From a virus: 64,000 bases of DNA. Each line of letters starts with the position of its first letter. Position 1 is the stretch's first letter. The notes under the pieces were generated by a model. It saw nothing but the letters and a program-made list of their open reading frames with translations, made no database searches and was not told the DNA's origin. The stretch is from IMG/VR virus record IMGVR_UViG_3300021963_000084, positions 1 through 64,000 of that record; one strand, written 5' to 3'. The position numbers were made by a program, and so were the translations under genes. Of this stretch, positions 13,077-23,600 are shown in pieces.

Positions 13077-16000
13077 TGAGTCCAATAGATCCCTTTGATC
13101 CCACTACTGTTCAATATATTCCAGAAGATCCTAGTAGTGGAACTGAGGGTCAAATTGTTCCTGTCTCATACATTCAAACGACTCAACAAAATATTGGAGA
13201 TTTTGTTAGTAACAATAATGTAGTTGTTGATCAAATTATTCCTATATCAGAGAGTTCCAGTTCCAGTAGTGTGAATATTATTGGAAATTCTGGTGTTGAT
13301 GTAAATGCAGTAAGAGATCTAGTTGTAAGTGTTCCTGGTACTATAACTGTAAATGAAGGATTTTCAACTACTCTACAAGTTTCAGTAAGTGTTGATGGTT
13401 CCACATTTCAATGGCAAAAACAAGAAGCAGGAACTTCTATATGGACTAACATATCTGGTGCTACCTCAATTAATTATACTACTCCAGTTCTTACATTTGC
13501 AAATGATAATGGAGATAAGTATCGTGTAATTGTTAGAAATGATGATACAACTAATAGTCCTGTAACTTCTTCTGAAATTACTCTCAATGTAAGAAGAGTA
13601 ATTACGATTACGGTTCAACCAACTGTTGCAAATTCTTATCCAGTTGGTACAACGGCATCTTTTTCAGTTACTGCCACTATCAGTAGTGGTTCTGCTGCAG
13701 CATTACAGTATCAATGGCAAAAACAAGAATTTGAAAATACTTTTTTTAGTAACGTTACAGTATCTGGCAATACAAGTTCATATACTACACCAATTTTAAA
13801 TACACTTCTAGACAATGGTGATTCATATCGTTGTGTGGTCAGTCATCCTGATGCAGATTCTGTAATTAGTAATGTAGTAACTCTTGTTGTCACAGGTGCT
13901 GATTATCAGATTACTCCTGCTATAAATGGAATTAGTTTTTGGAGACTATCTATTGATGGACCTTTAATTTTAGATCCAGCAAATGCATCTGAATATACAG
14001 TCAAGTCTTTGGAACCAGCAAGAACCCGAATCTACAGTAGAATGTGGGGTCAAGGAAGTTGTAACGCTCAAGGTGGTTATGCAGAAGGTTCTATTCCAAC
14101 AGTTCAACTTCAAACATTTACTGTCAAATTAAATGCAGGTGGCGGGACTGGTGGAAATGCAGGCGGAGGATATGCTGGAATTTTTAATGGTACTACAGTT
14201 AATCAAGCAAATGCATTATTAATTGCTGGTGGTGCTGGAGGTGGCGGAAGAACTGCTTCTATATTATGTACTTTTAGTGGTGGTACTGGTGGAGGTAGTA
14301 TTGGTGGTGATGGTGTCGATGCATCTGCAACTATTGGTGCTGGCGATGGTGGTACACAATCTGCTGGTGGAGCTGGGGGAGTTAGTACTAATGTTTCTTC
14401 ATTCACGACTACTTACAGCACTCCAGGAACATATGATTTAGCGATTCCTGCAGGTGCTATTAATATAACTTATGAAATTGTTGGTGGTACTGGTGGTACT
14501 GGTGGATCCTCAAGTGGAGGCACCTTAGGATTTGTTTCAGGTGGAGTTGGAGCTAGAGGACAAAAAATAGTTGGTACTCTAGGTTCCTCTGTTGTTAATC
14601 AAACATTGTCAATAAGAGTTGCTGGTGCTGGTGGAAATGGAACTGGTAATAATGGATATGACTCTGGTGGTTCTGCAGGTTCTGGATATTATAGTGGTGG
14701 TTCTGGTGGTAATCAACCAGGAGGAGAATTTAATGGGTCTGCAGGTTCTGGAGGAGGTGGCGGCGGCGCTTCTTCTATTACATTATCTTCCAATGTTTTA
14801 TTAGTTGCTGGCGGTGGCGGTGGCGGTGGCGGCGCTGCCGCATATGGTAATTCTGGATTTCCACCTGGACCTGCGAGAACTTCAACATCTTTAACAACTA
14901 CATTAAATGGTAGTAATGGAGGACTTGGAGGTGATGGAACTACTTCTGCGAATGCTTCTTCTGGCGGCGGCGGCGGCGGTAATCCAGGTGGATTTGGTGG
15001 TAGATATAATATATCAGGAAATAATATTAGTGGCGACGGCGGTGATGGCGGAGGTGGTTATTATAATACGAGTTATGTTAATACTGCATCTTTAGAAACT
15101 TCTAGCACAAATGCTTATGTAACAATTACATATTCACTACCAACACAAAACGGTTCATCTGGAACAGCATTGCAGGGGGGCGCTGGTGGAGTTGGAACTT
15201 ATACTGGCGGCGGTGGCGGCGGCGGTTATTGGGGCGGCGGTGGAGGTAGTGGATCTAGTACCGCTGCTGCTGGTGGTGGTGGATCTGGGTTCGTAGCAGT
15301 AACAGTTTCTGGAACAACATCAGGATTTGCAAATTCCGCTAATCCATATAGAAGTAACGCTGGAAGTGTGGATGGACCTTCTCGATTAGTTATAGAACAA
15401 ACAAATATTGTAATCACTCAGCAACCAGTTTCAGTAATTGCAGCATCTGGTACTTCTGCAACTATTTCTGTAACAGCATCTATTCCTAATATTCCCTCTC
15501 AAGTATTGCAATATCAATGGCAAAAGAAAGAATCAGGAACTGCAATATGGAACAATATTGCTGGTGCCAATAGTTCTTCATATATAATTTCCTCTTTATC
15601 GACAGCAGATAATGGAGATTTTTATAGATGTATTTTATCTAATCCACATTCTGTTGATGTGACTTCAAATGAAGCTGATATTACAGTAATTCAATCTGGA
15701 GCTGTATCAACCGTAGTTTATAGAACTGCAGGAAATGCTAATTTCACTCTTCCAAATGGTGTTGAAAGAATTAGGTTCTATATGTGGGGCGCTGGTGGTG
15801 ATGGAACTGGCGAATGTGTAAGTAGTAGCGGAGGAAGTGGTGGTTATATAAGTGGAGTTATTGATACCGTAGACGGTGATGTTTTTCTTGCAAAAGTAGG
15901 ATCTACAAACAATGGTTCTCCAGAAGGTCAATCTGGTTTTGGAGCTGGTCGGGGTGCTGGTTGGACTGGATTATTTAAATATGTTTCTGGAACTCCTCAG

Positions 16001-17359
16001 TTAGTCGCTATCGCTGGTGGCGGCGGTGGAGCTGGTCAAGCTGGTTCTGGTGGTGGTGGAGGAGGAAATGGAACTGGTGGTAATGGAGCAGGACCTAATG
16101 CAGGTGGCGGAGGACTACAAAATGCAGGAGGAACTGGGGCAGGTGGGGGTTTTTCTGGTTCTTTCTACACAAATGGAGGCGGTACTGGTTTTGAGAATGG
16201 TGGTGCCAGTGGTGGTACTGGTCAAGGAGTCAGTCGCCGTGGCGGTGGCGGCGGCGGCGGATATTATGGCGGCGGTGGCGGCGGCGGCGACCAAAACACT
16301 AACTGCACTGGTGGTGGTGGTGGTGGCGGTTCTGGATATGTTAATACTGCATATCTTGGTCCATCTGATACTAGTATTTCTTCTAGCACTGGTTTTTTGG
16401 GTTCATCAGGGGGAGTTAATCCATCTGTAACTGGAACTGTGTGGAATAATTTTGTGTCTAGTCCTGGTGGTTATCAAGCAGGTAGAAGTGGCAACGCTGG
16501 ATTAATTATATTTGAATTAACATACAGATTTGATTTCCAAGTTTCTCCAGCGGTAGCGGGAAGAACCAATTGGAGTTTAACTAATGATGGACCATTAATT
16601 TTAGATGGTGGTTCTGCAACAACTTATACATTGACTTCACTTAGAACTGCAAGTAGAACAGTTAAAATGTGGGGTCAGGGTTCTGCAACTAGCACTGGTG
16701 GATATTCCACAGGAACTGTTAATTTCACAAATGCAAGTACCTATACAGTAAGGTTAAATGCAGGTGGGGGGAGTCCTGGAGCAGGTAGTGGTTCTGGTTC
16801 TGGTGTAGGACAATCTGGAGGGGGATATGCAGGTTTATTCAGTACAGCTGTTATCAATCAATCGAATGCAATTATGATTGCTGGTGGAGCTGGTGGTGGA
16901 GCTCCCTCTGTAGGTGGTTCTGCGTCAGTTGTAGGTGGCACTGGTGGCGGAAGTTCTGGTGGAGCGGGTCAAAATTCTCCAGACACACAAAATGGTTCTA
17001 CTGGCGGTGGTGGAGGAACACAAAGCAGTGGAGGCGGTGCTGGTAGCAGTCCTGGGGGTGGTTCTACCTCTGGTTCAGCACTACAAGGTGGTCAAGGTGG
17101 TCAAGGATCTGGTAGTTCTAATAATTATTCTGGTGGCGGTGGCGGCGGCGGTGGATATTATGGAGGTGGTGGTGGAGGAGGAGGAAATGATAATGGTCAA
17201 GGTTCACGATCAGCATCTGGCGGTGGTGGTGGATCTGGATATATAAACACTTCAGTTGTAACTGGAGGATCTACCAGTGGGTTTGCAAATAGCGGTGATG
17301 TAAATAGAGGAAATGCTGGTAGTGCTGGGTATTCTTCTAGAGTCGTAATAAGCACTTGA
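13076..17359 (+). CDS. glycine-rich virion protein with three Ig-like domains and four ALK/LTK-like Gly-rich domains
   Basis: (F/Y)QWQK...DNGDxYR repeated three times; MWGxG...GGGGGGYYGGGGG...GGGGSG modules. Confidence 0.75.
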   Translation: MSPIDPFDPTTVQYIPEDPSSGTEGQIVPVSYIQTTQQNIGDFVSNNNVVVDQIIPISESSSSSSVNIIGNSGVDVNAVRDLVVSVPGTITVNEGFSTTLQVSVSVDGSTFQWQKQEAGTSIWTNISGATSINYTTPVLTFANDNGDKYRVIVRNDDTTNSPVTSSEITLNVRRVITITVQPTVANSYPVGTTASFSVTATISSGSAAALQYQWQKQEFENTFFSNVTVSGNTSSYTTPILNTLLDNGDSYRCVVSHPDADSVISNVVTLVVTGADYQITPAINGISFWRLSIDGPLILDPANASEYTVKSLEPARTRIYSRMWGQGSCNAQGGYAEGSIPTVQLQTFTVKLNAGGGTGGNAGGGYAGIFNGTTVNQANALLIAGGAGGGGRTASILCTFSGGTGGGSIGGDGVDASATIGAGDGGTQSAGGAGGVSTNVSSFTTTYSTPGTYDLAIPAGAINITYEIVGGTGGTGGSSSGGTLGFVSGGVGARGQKIVGTLGSSVVNQTLSIRVAGAGGNGTGNNGYDSGGSAGSGYYSGGSGGNQPGGEFNGSAGSGGGGGGASSITLSSNVLLVAGGGGGGGGAAAYGNSGFPPGPARTSTSLTTTLNGSNGGLGGDGTTSANASSGGGGGGNPGGFGGRYNISGNNISGDGGDGGGGYYNTSYVNTASLETSSTNAYVTITYSLPTQNGSSGTALQGGAGGVGTYTGGGGGGGYWGGGGGSGSSTAAAGGGGSGFVAVTVSGTTSGFANSANPYRSNAGSVDGPSRLVIEQTNIVITQQPVSVIAASGTSATISVTASIPNIPSQVLQYQWQKKESGTAIWNNIAGANSSSYIISSLSTADNGDFYRCILSNPHSVDVTSNEADITVIQSGAVSTVVYRTAGNANFTLPNGVERIRFYMWGAGGDGTGECVSSSGGSGGYISGVIDTVDGDVFLAKVGSTNNGSPEGQSGFGAGRGAGWTGLFKYVSGTPQLVAIAGGGGGAGQAGSGGGGGGNGTGGNGAGPNAGGGGLQNAGGTGAGGGFSGSFYTNGGGTGFENGGASGGTGQGVSRRGGGGGGGYYGGGGGGGDQNTNCTGGGGGGGSGYVNTAYLGPSDTSISSSTGFLGSSGGVNPSVTGTVWNNFVSSPGGYQAGRSGNAGLIIFELTYRFDFQVSPAVAGRTNWSLTNDGPLILDGGSATTYTLTSLRTASRTVKMWGQGSATSTGGYSTGTVNFTNASTYTVRLNAGGGSPGAGSGSGSGVGQSGGGYAGLFSTAVINQSNAIMIAGGAGGGAPSVGGSASVVGGTGGGSSGGAGQNSPDTQNGSTGGGGGTQSSGGGAGSSPGGGSTSGSALQGGQGGQGSGSSNNYSGGGGGGGGYYGGGGGGGGNDNGQGSRSASGGGGGSGYINTSVVTGGSTSGFANSGDVNRGNAGSAGYSSRVVIST

Positions 17360-17384
17360 CAAGTTTTTATTCATACCTTATAAT
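17356..17384 (+). promoter_or_regulatory. sigma70-type promoter
   Basis: TTGACA-N17-TATAAT, perfect consensus. Confidence 0.85.
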
Positions 17385-17408
17385 TAGATTGTACTCTATA
17401 AGTTGAAT

Positions 17409-17552
17409 ATGGCAAAACGTCCTTCACTCACAAATAAAGTTTTAATTGAGTCTAAACCCAAAAAGAGTCGTCAAGGAGCTGGTAAGCATACTAAATACAG
17501 TGCAAGCTCTCGTAATGGAGCAAAAAAACGTTATAGAGGTCAAGGAAACTAA
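17409..17552 (+). CDS. small basic protein ending YRGQG (47 aa)
   Basis: MAKRPSLTNK...PKKSRQGAGKHTKYSASSRNGAKKRYRGQGN. Confidence 0.75.
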   Translation: MAKRPSLTNKVLIESKPKKSRQGAGKHTKYSASSRNGAKKRYRGQGN

Positions 17553-17668
17553 TGGCAACAACTAAAGAAGAACAATCAACACAAGAAGAAAGTTCCAAAG
17601 TATTTGGGTATGTAGTAGGTAGAAGAGCAGAAGACCAAGAACATCCCGATAAAAAAGACCAAGAATGA
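17552..17668 (+). CDS. hypothetical peptide (38 aa)
   Basis: Overlaps both neighbours (TAATG and ATGA). Confidence 0.5.
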   Translation: MATTKEEQSTQEESSKVFGYVVGRRAEDQEHPDKKDQE

Positions 17669-18123
17669 CAGAAGTTGAAGCACACATAAAGGATTGGGTA
17701 CAAAGAGTCTCTAAAGTTCGACCAGAATTAGGAGGTTTTTCTGTTTGTCCTTTTGCTTCAAAGGCAAAATATACAATTGTTGAGTGTCAAGCAGAGGACA
17801 TCATACCTATTTCTGGGTATGATGTCGTTTTTTATGTTGTGGAAGATTACTTTGACCTTGAGAGTGTTCAATTTTGGGTCAATTTTTACAATAATTTATA
17901 CCCAGAAATGCTATTTTTTGAAGATTGTGGGTCTTATGACACTTATATTGGAGATGTTCAGACGAATAATGGTAAGTACAACTTGATTTTGATGCAAAAT
18001 AAGGAAGATTTGAGAAAAAATCGTCAAAAATTAGCAAATACAGGATATTATCATCACTGGAATGATGCATACTTGAAAGAAATTCTTGGTGATGACTACG
18101 AGATGGTCAAAAATTCGGGATAG
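17665..18123 (+). CDS. DUF1415-like hypothetical protein
   Basis: WVQRV...LGGFSVCPFA motif. Confidence 0.6.
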   Translation: MTEVEAHIKDWVQRVSKVRPELGGFSVCPFASKAKYTIVECQAEDIIPISGYDVVFYVVEDYFDLESVQFWVNFYNNLYPEMLFFEDCGSYDTYIGDVQTNNGKYNLILMQNKEDLRKNRQKLANTGYYHHWNDAYLKEILGDDYEMVKNSG

Positions 18124-18169
18124 CAACCCCGTAAAAAGTTCTGTTCAACCTTATTTTAGGAGAAAACAG

Positions 18170-18376
18170 ATGGCAAAGTACCAAGTAGACCGTGATGTTA
18201 ATTTTATGAAGCAAAATTGGGGCACAAATCGACTAATTACTGATTATGTGTTAACAAATGACGAAAAAATTAACACAAATAATGAAAAGGTTAACGAACC
18301 TCCAGTAGACAGATATTCAAGACCTTGTGGTGGTAAAGGTGGTTTTGATGATTATGTTGAGAGATGGCACGAATAA
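18170..18376 (+). CDS. conserved cyanophage hypothetical protein
   Basis: AGGAG RBS; MAKYQVDRDVNFMKQNWGTNRLITDY. Confidence 0.7.
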   Translation: MAKYQVDRDVNFMKQNWGTNRLITDYVLTNDEKINTNNEKVNEPPVDRYSRPCGGKGGFDDYVERWHE

Positions 18377-18377
18377 C

Positions 18378-18389
18378 CATAAATAAATA
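18378..18389 (+). promoter_or_regulatory. T4-type late promoter
   Basis: CATAAATAAATA upstream of gp25. Confidence 0.65.
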
Positions 18390-18404
18390 AAACCTTCATT
18401 GTAA

Positions 18405-18809
18405 ATGGCACTAAAACCGTCAAGGTCATACAAAGATTTGAGTTTGACTTTTTCTCGTAATCCATTAACAGGTGATTTTGTTATTCTAAAAGATGAAAAT
18501 GCTATTAAAAGATCTATATTAAATCTTTTCTCATACAGAAAAGGTGAAAAATTTTTTAATGCTAAATTTGGAAGTGGCATACCAGATTTGCTTTTTGAAC
18601 CTTTTGACTATGCTACTGCTGGTATGATAAAAACTGAAATTGAAAATTTAATCAAAAATTATGAAACAAGGGTAAATTTATTGAATATTTTTATTACCCT
18701 GAATCAAGATGAAAATTCTTATGAAATACAAATTGAATATACCTTGCAAGATTTTAGTGCAGCACTGAATACAGTCAACCTGAGTTTAAGTTCAAGAACC
18801 AGAACATAG
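18405..18809 (+). CDS. gp25: baseplate wedge subunit gp25
   Basis: YKDLSLTF..NPLTGD...AIKRSILNL...GEKFFN..FGS....LLFEP. Confidence 0.92.
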   Translation: MALKPSRSYKDLSLTFSRNPLTGDFVILKDENAIKRSILNLFSYRKGEKFFNAKFGSGIPDLLFEPFDYATAGMIKTEIENLIKNYETRVNLLNIFITLNQDENSYEIQIEYTLQDFSAALNTVNLSLSSRTRT

Positions 18810-18812
18810 TAA

Positions 18813-20657
18813 ATGGCATTCACACAAGTTAGTTCCTTAGATTTTAATGACATCAAAACCGCTCTCAGAGAATATCTGAGGACGAATACGGATTTTACTG
18901 ACTATGACTTTGAATCGTCTACTTTATCTGCTATTCTTGATCTTTTAGCATATAATACTTACTATACTGCCTTCAATACAACGATGGCAGTTAATGAAAC
19001 TTTTTTAAGTTCTGCTTCGCTAAGAGATAATGTAGTTAAAATCGCAAAACAGCTTGGATATACTCCAAAATCAAGAACTTCATCAAAAGCAACTTTATCA
19101 ATCACTGTCAATTTCTCTTCATTAGCTGCGGTAGATCCTAATTTAGTTCCTAAGTTTGTAACCTTAAAAAAAGGAAATTGCTTTATTTCATCAAATCCAA
19201 ATAATCGTTCAGAAACATTTCAATTTGCTATTTTAGATGATGTTATTACAGCTGTTACTAATAACAGAGCAGTTATTAGTAATGTACAAGGATTGACTCA
19301 TATTGATGTAATAGAAGGTTTATATTTAACTTATAAATTTACGGTAGATAATACTATTCCAAATCAAAGATTTATTATTCCAACAGAAAATATTGATACC
19401 TCTACAATTAGAGTATTTGTACGTTCAGGAGCAACAAGTTCTACCTTAGTAAAGTATGTTCAAGCAGAAAATATTTTAAACATCAAATCAACAGACAAAG
19501 TTTTCTTTGTCCAAGAAACAGATGATCAAAGATATGAATTAGTATTTGGTGATGGGGTAATTGGAAGAAAACTTCAAAACAACGAGATTATTGAAGTTTC
19601 TTACTTGGTATCATCAGGAGAAAAATCAAATAATATTCGTAATTTTGTATTTACTGGTGAAATATATGATGATAACTCTAATAGAATCTTAAATAATATT
19701 ACTACTGCACTAATTTCTAAATCTTCAGGCGGTAGCGACGTTGAGACAGTTGAACAAATTAAATTAAACGCACCAAAATTCTATTCTTCTCAGAATAGAG
19801 CGGTAACTTTGGATGACTATAAAATTATCCTTCAAAGAATTTTTCCAGCAATTGCGGATATTATTGTGTATGGTGGAGAAGATGAAAGTCCTCCTGAATA
19901 TGGCAGAGTTAAAATCGCAATTAAACCTACATATGCCGACAAACTAAGTAGTTCGACAAAAAGGAATATTTTACTTGAATTAAGAAAATATGCAGTTGCT
20001 TCAGTAATTCCAGTAATTGTAGATCCATCTATTATTGAAGTTTTATTATTCAGTCAAGTTTTTTACGATACTACTGCCACTAATTTAAGTCAGGAACAAA
20101 TTAAAAGTGTAGTAATTCAAAATTTAAAAAGTTACGAAGATACTAATAACATTAGTAAATTTAATGGAGTTATTAGAAAAAGTAAATTAGGAACAGTAAT
20201 TGATTCATCAGAAGATTCAATTACATCAAATGTTACTAATTTACGATTGAGAAAGAAAATGATTCCTGCAATTGGAGCAAGAGCTCAATATTTACTTTGT
20301 TATGTAAATCCTTTAGACCCATTATGTGGAGATTCTACTTTATCATCTTCGCCGTTCAGGATTAGTGATTATCCAAGTGTTGATGCATATTTTGATAATA
20401 TTAGTGATGGAACAATTAGAATATATACTATTGATCCAATCACATCCAATAAAGTAATTTTAAAAGATTCAATTGGTAGAGTTGATTTTGAAAAGGGTGA
20501 AGTTTCTATCGATTTGATTACCATTACATCTGGTTCTAATGAAAATAATGAAATTTTTATGACTGTTATACCAAGAAATCCAGATATTCGTGCTGTTAGG
20601 GAAGTTTACTTAGATCTTTCCTTAGACAATAGTGTATTTACTATAGTTCCAGAATAG
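18813..20657 (+). CDS. gp6: baseplate wedge subunit gp6
   Basis: LDFNDIK..L..YL...FTDYDFE...LLAYNTYY...SASLRDNVV..AK.LGY.P; QNRAVT..DY. Confidence 0.95.
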   Translation: MAFTQVSSLDFNDIKTALREYLRTNTDFTDYDFESSTLSAILDLLAYNTYYTAFNTTMAVNETFLSSASLRDNVVKIAKQLGYTPKSRTSSKATLSITVNFSSLAAVDPNLVPKFVTLKKGNCFISSNPNNRSETFQFAILDDVITAVTNNRAVISNVQGLTHIDVIEGLYLTYKFTVDNTIPNQRFIIPTENIDTSTIRVFVRSGATSSTLVKYVQAENILNIKSTDKVFFVQETDDQRYELVFGDGVIGRKLQNNEIIEVSYLVSSGEKSNNIRNFVFTGEIYDDNSNRILNNITTALISKSSGGSDVETVEQIKLNAPKFYSSQNRAVTLDDYKIILQRIFPAIADIIVYGGEDESPPEYGRVKIAIKPTYADKLSSSTKRNILLELRKYAVASVIPVIVDPSIIEVLLFSQVFYDTTATNLSQEQIKSVVIQNLKSYEDTNNISKFNGVIRKSKLGTVIDSSEDSITSNVTNLRLRKKMIPAIGARAQYLLCYVNPLDPLCGDSTLSSSPFRISDYPSVDAYFDNISDGTIRIYTIDPITSNKVILKDSIGRVDFEKGEVSIDLITITSGSNENNEIFMTVIPRNPDIRAVREVYLDLSLDNSVFTIVPE

Positions 20658-20668
20658 AGTCATTAAAG

Positions 20669-23600
20669 ATGAGTTCAGATAAGTTAAATATTTCAACTTT
20701 TATTGAAGAACAACTTCCTTCTTTCATTAAGGAAGAATTTCCTAGATTTTCAAATTTTTTCACTAGTTATTACAAATCTCTAGAAATTTCTGGAGGTGTA
20801 CTTGACATTGCCAATAATATTTTAGATTATGTTAATTTTGACTCATTAACAAAAGAAAATTTAATAAGTGAAACTAATTTAACTTCTGCGGTAACATCTT
20901 CTGGGACAACTATTTCTGTAAATTCAGTAAAAGGATTTCCCGAAAAAGAAGGTATTATTTTAGTTGATAGAGAAATAATTTTTTACAAAGAAGTAAATAA
21001 AACTACTAATCAATTTTTAAATTGTGCTAGAGGATATTCGGCAACTACAGCATTAAGTGACTTAGGAACAACAGTCACTAATTCGGTTGCCGCTTCGCAT
21101 ACAAATGGGAGTATCGTAAAAAATCTTTCTAATTTAATTCTATTTGCATTTATTAAAAATTATCAGAATCAGTATCTTGATGGATTTCCATATACTCAAC
21201 TAGATTCTGATATCGATCAAGTAACTTTACTTGAGAATATTAAAGATTTTTATAGTTATAAGGGAACTACAACTTCAATTCAATTTTTATTTCAATCAAT
21301 TTTTGCTGAAGAAGTTGAGGTATTTTTCCCTCGTGAAACTTTACTCAAAGCATCTACATCAAATTGGTCTGTAGATGATATTATTAAAGTAGAAGCAATT
21401 TTAGGAAATCCTGGTGATTTAGTAGGGTATCAAATTTTTCAAACTGATATTGCTGGTACGGCATCAGTTTCTACTGTATTAGAACCAATATTAGTTAATA
21501 GTATTTCTAATGCTGGAACTATTTTTGAACTAAATCTTAATATCTTAGAAAGACAAAATTTTATAGTTCCATCAACCACAATTTTAAGAAAACAATTATC
21601 ACCATCTGATGATACTATCTTAGTAGATTCTACTATTGGATTTCCAGAGCAACAAGGAATATTACAAATTAATGATGAATATATTACTTATAGATACAAA
21701 TCTTTTAATCAATTCTTTGATTGTGTAAGAGGTGCTTTTGATAGTGTTCCTGCAAATCATGCTTTAAATTCAAATATTAATACAACTGAATATCTTTATG
21801 GATATAAGGATGGAATAGTTAATGATTCTAATCTTATAAAAATGAGATTAATTGGTGTTTTATCTTCTGCAACTATTGAAGATGGATCATCTTTCTATGA
21901 ATCGAATGAAGATATTGATCTTACTCCTAATGGAGTTGTTGATTTAAGAAAGCAATTTACGGAATGGATTTTTAATGAAAATGGAAGAACAGCATCTAGT
22001 GCAAATATTGCAATTAATAATGCAGTTAAAAATATTTCATCAGACGTAGCAGCGGTATATAAAACTGATGACTATGCTTATGTATCTTCAACTGGATTAC
22101 CAACTCACGGTATTGGACCATTTAGAGGAGTATCTGGAAATCCAGGAAATCAACTTTTACTTAGAAATATTCCATTACAAACTGAAAGACTTACTCAAGC
22201 ACAACCTGTAGGGCAAAAAGCAACAGGTATATTCGTTAATGGTGTTGAATCATATAGTTGTATTGATTTAACATCAGAAATTTTTGGTTCTATTGAATCT
22301 GTATCAATTATTGATGGTGGTCGTGGATTTTTAACCGATGTAAATCCTGTTTTTAGATTAAGTGGTGGCGGGGGATCTGGTGCTACATTTAGCGGCGTTA
22401 CTGCGAATGGTCAAGTTACTTCTGTTGTCGTAGTAAGTGGCGGAACTGGTTATACTTCAGATCCAACTATTGAAATTGCATATGGTTTTGATGCAACAGC
22501 AACTATTTTGAATGAGTCGGATATTGTTGGTGGTTCAATTAGAACTATTACAATCACCAATCCAGGAAGTAATTATGTAGTTCCTCCTGATGTTATAATT
22601 AGAGACATTACAGGAAGAGGTAGAGGTGCTTTTGCTACAGCTACTATTTCTGGAGGAACTGTTACTGGAATCACCATCCTCAATGGTGGTGTAGACTATA
22701 ATGACAGGAATAATGTTGTAGTTTCTTTAATTTCAAAAGGAACTGGAGTTGTAGCAACTGCAAACGTCAAACGTTGGAGATATAATAGAGTATTTAAACT
22801 TTTAAATGATAGAATTTCATCAACTAGTCCTTGGCAATCAGTAACTTCATCAAAAGTAGATTTTTCTAATGGATATTTGTACGAAGGTCTTGATATTCAA
22901 CGTGGACTTGAATATGCATACGCATTAAATCCTAAACTTCTTAGATATGAATTGAATGATAATGTTGAAGGTGTTTCCCTGGGATACCAGGAAGTAACAA
23001 GTGGATTTGCACATTCTCCAATTATTGGATGGGCATATGATGGTTCTCCAATTTATGGTCCGTATGGATACACAAATCCATTAAACTCTTCTTCTGGTAT
23101 TTCCAGAATGACAAGTAGTTATTCACTAATTTCTTCAATACCAATAGGAAGACCAAATGTAACTAACTATCCTTTAGGTTCATTTACTAGTGATTATGAA
23201 TTCTTAAATGGATCTGGAAGTCTTGATCAGCATAATGGCAGATTCTGTGTCACTCCAGAATATCCAGAAGGTGTATATGCTTATTTTATCACAGTAGACC
23301 AGTTTGGTAATGGAGTATATCCTTATATTATAGGTCCAACTTACAAATATGTTCCTTCAATCTCTAATTTTGATGTATCAATTACTCAATTAGAAAGAAA
23401 CTTACCACTGCAGGCAAAAAGAATCAGAACTCCTCTGATGCCTACTACTGGTGCTGAAGCAAGACTTTTTGTGAATGCTGTTGACAGGGGTTCAATTGAA
23501 TCATATGAAGTTTACGATACAGATCCAAACTTTAAGGTAAATGATTATTTGTATGTTGATAGCACTGATACTGAAGGTTCTGGTATAATTGCAAAAGTAA

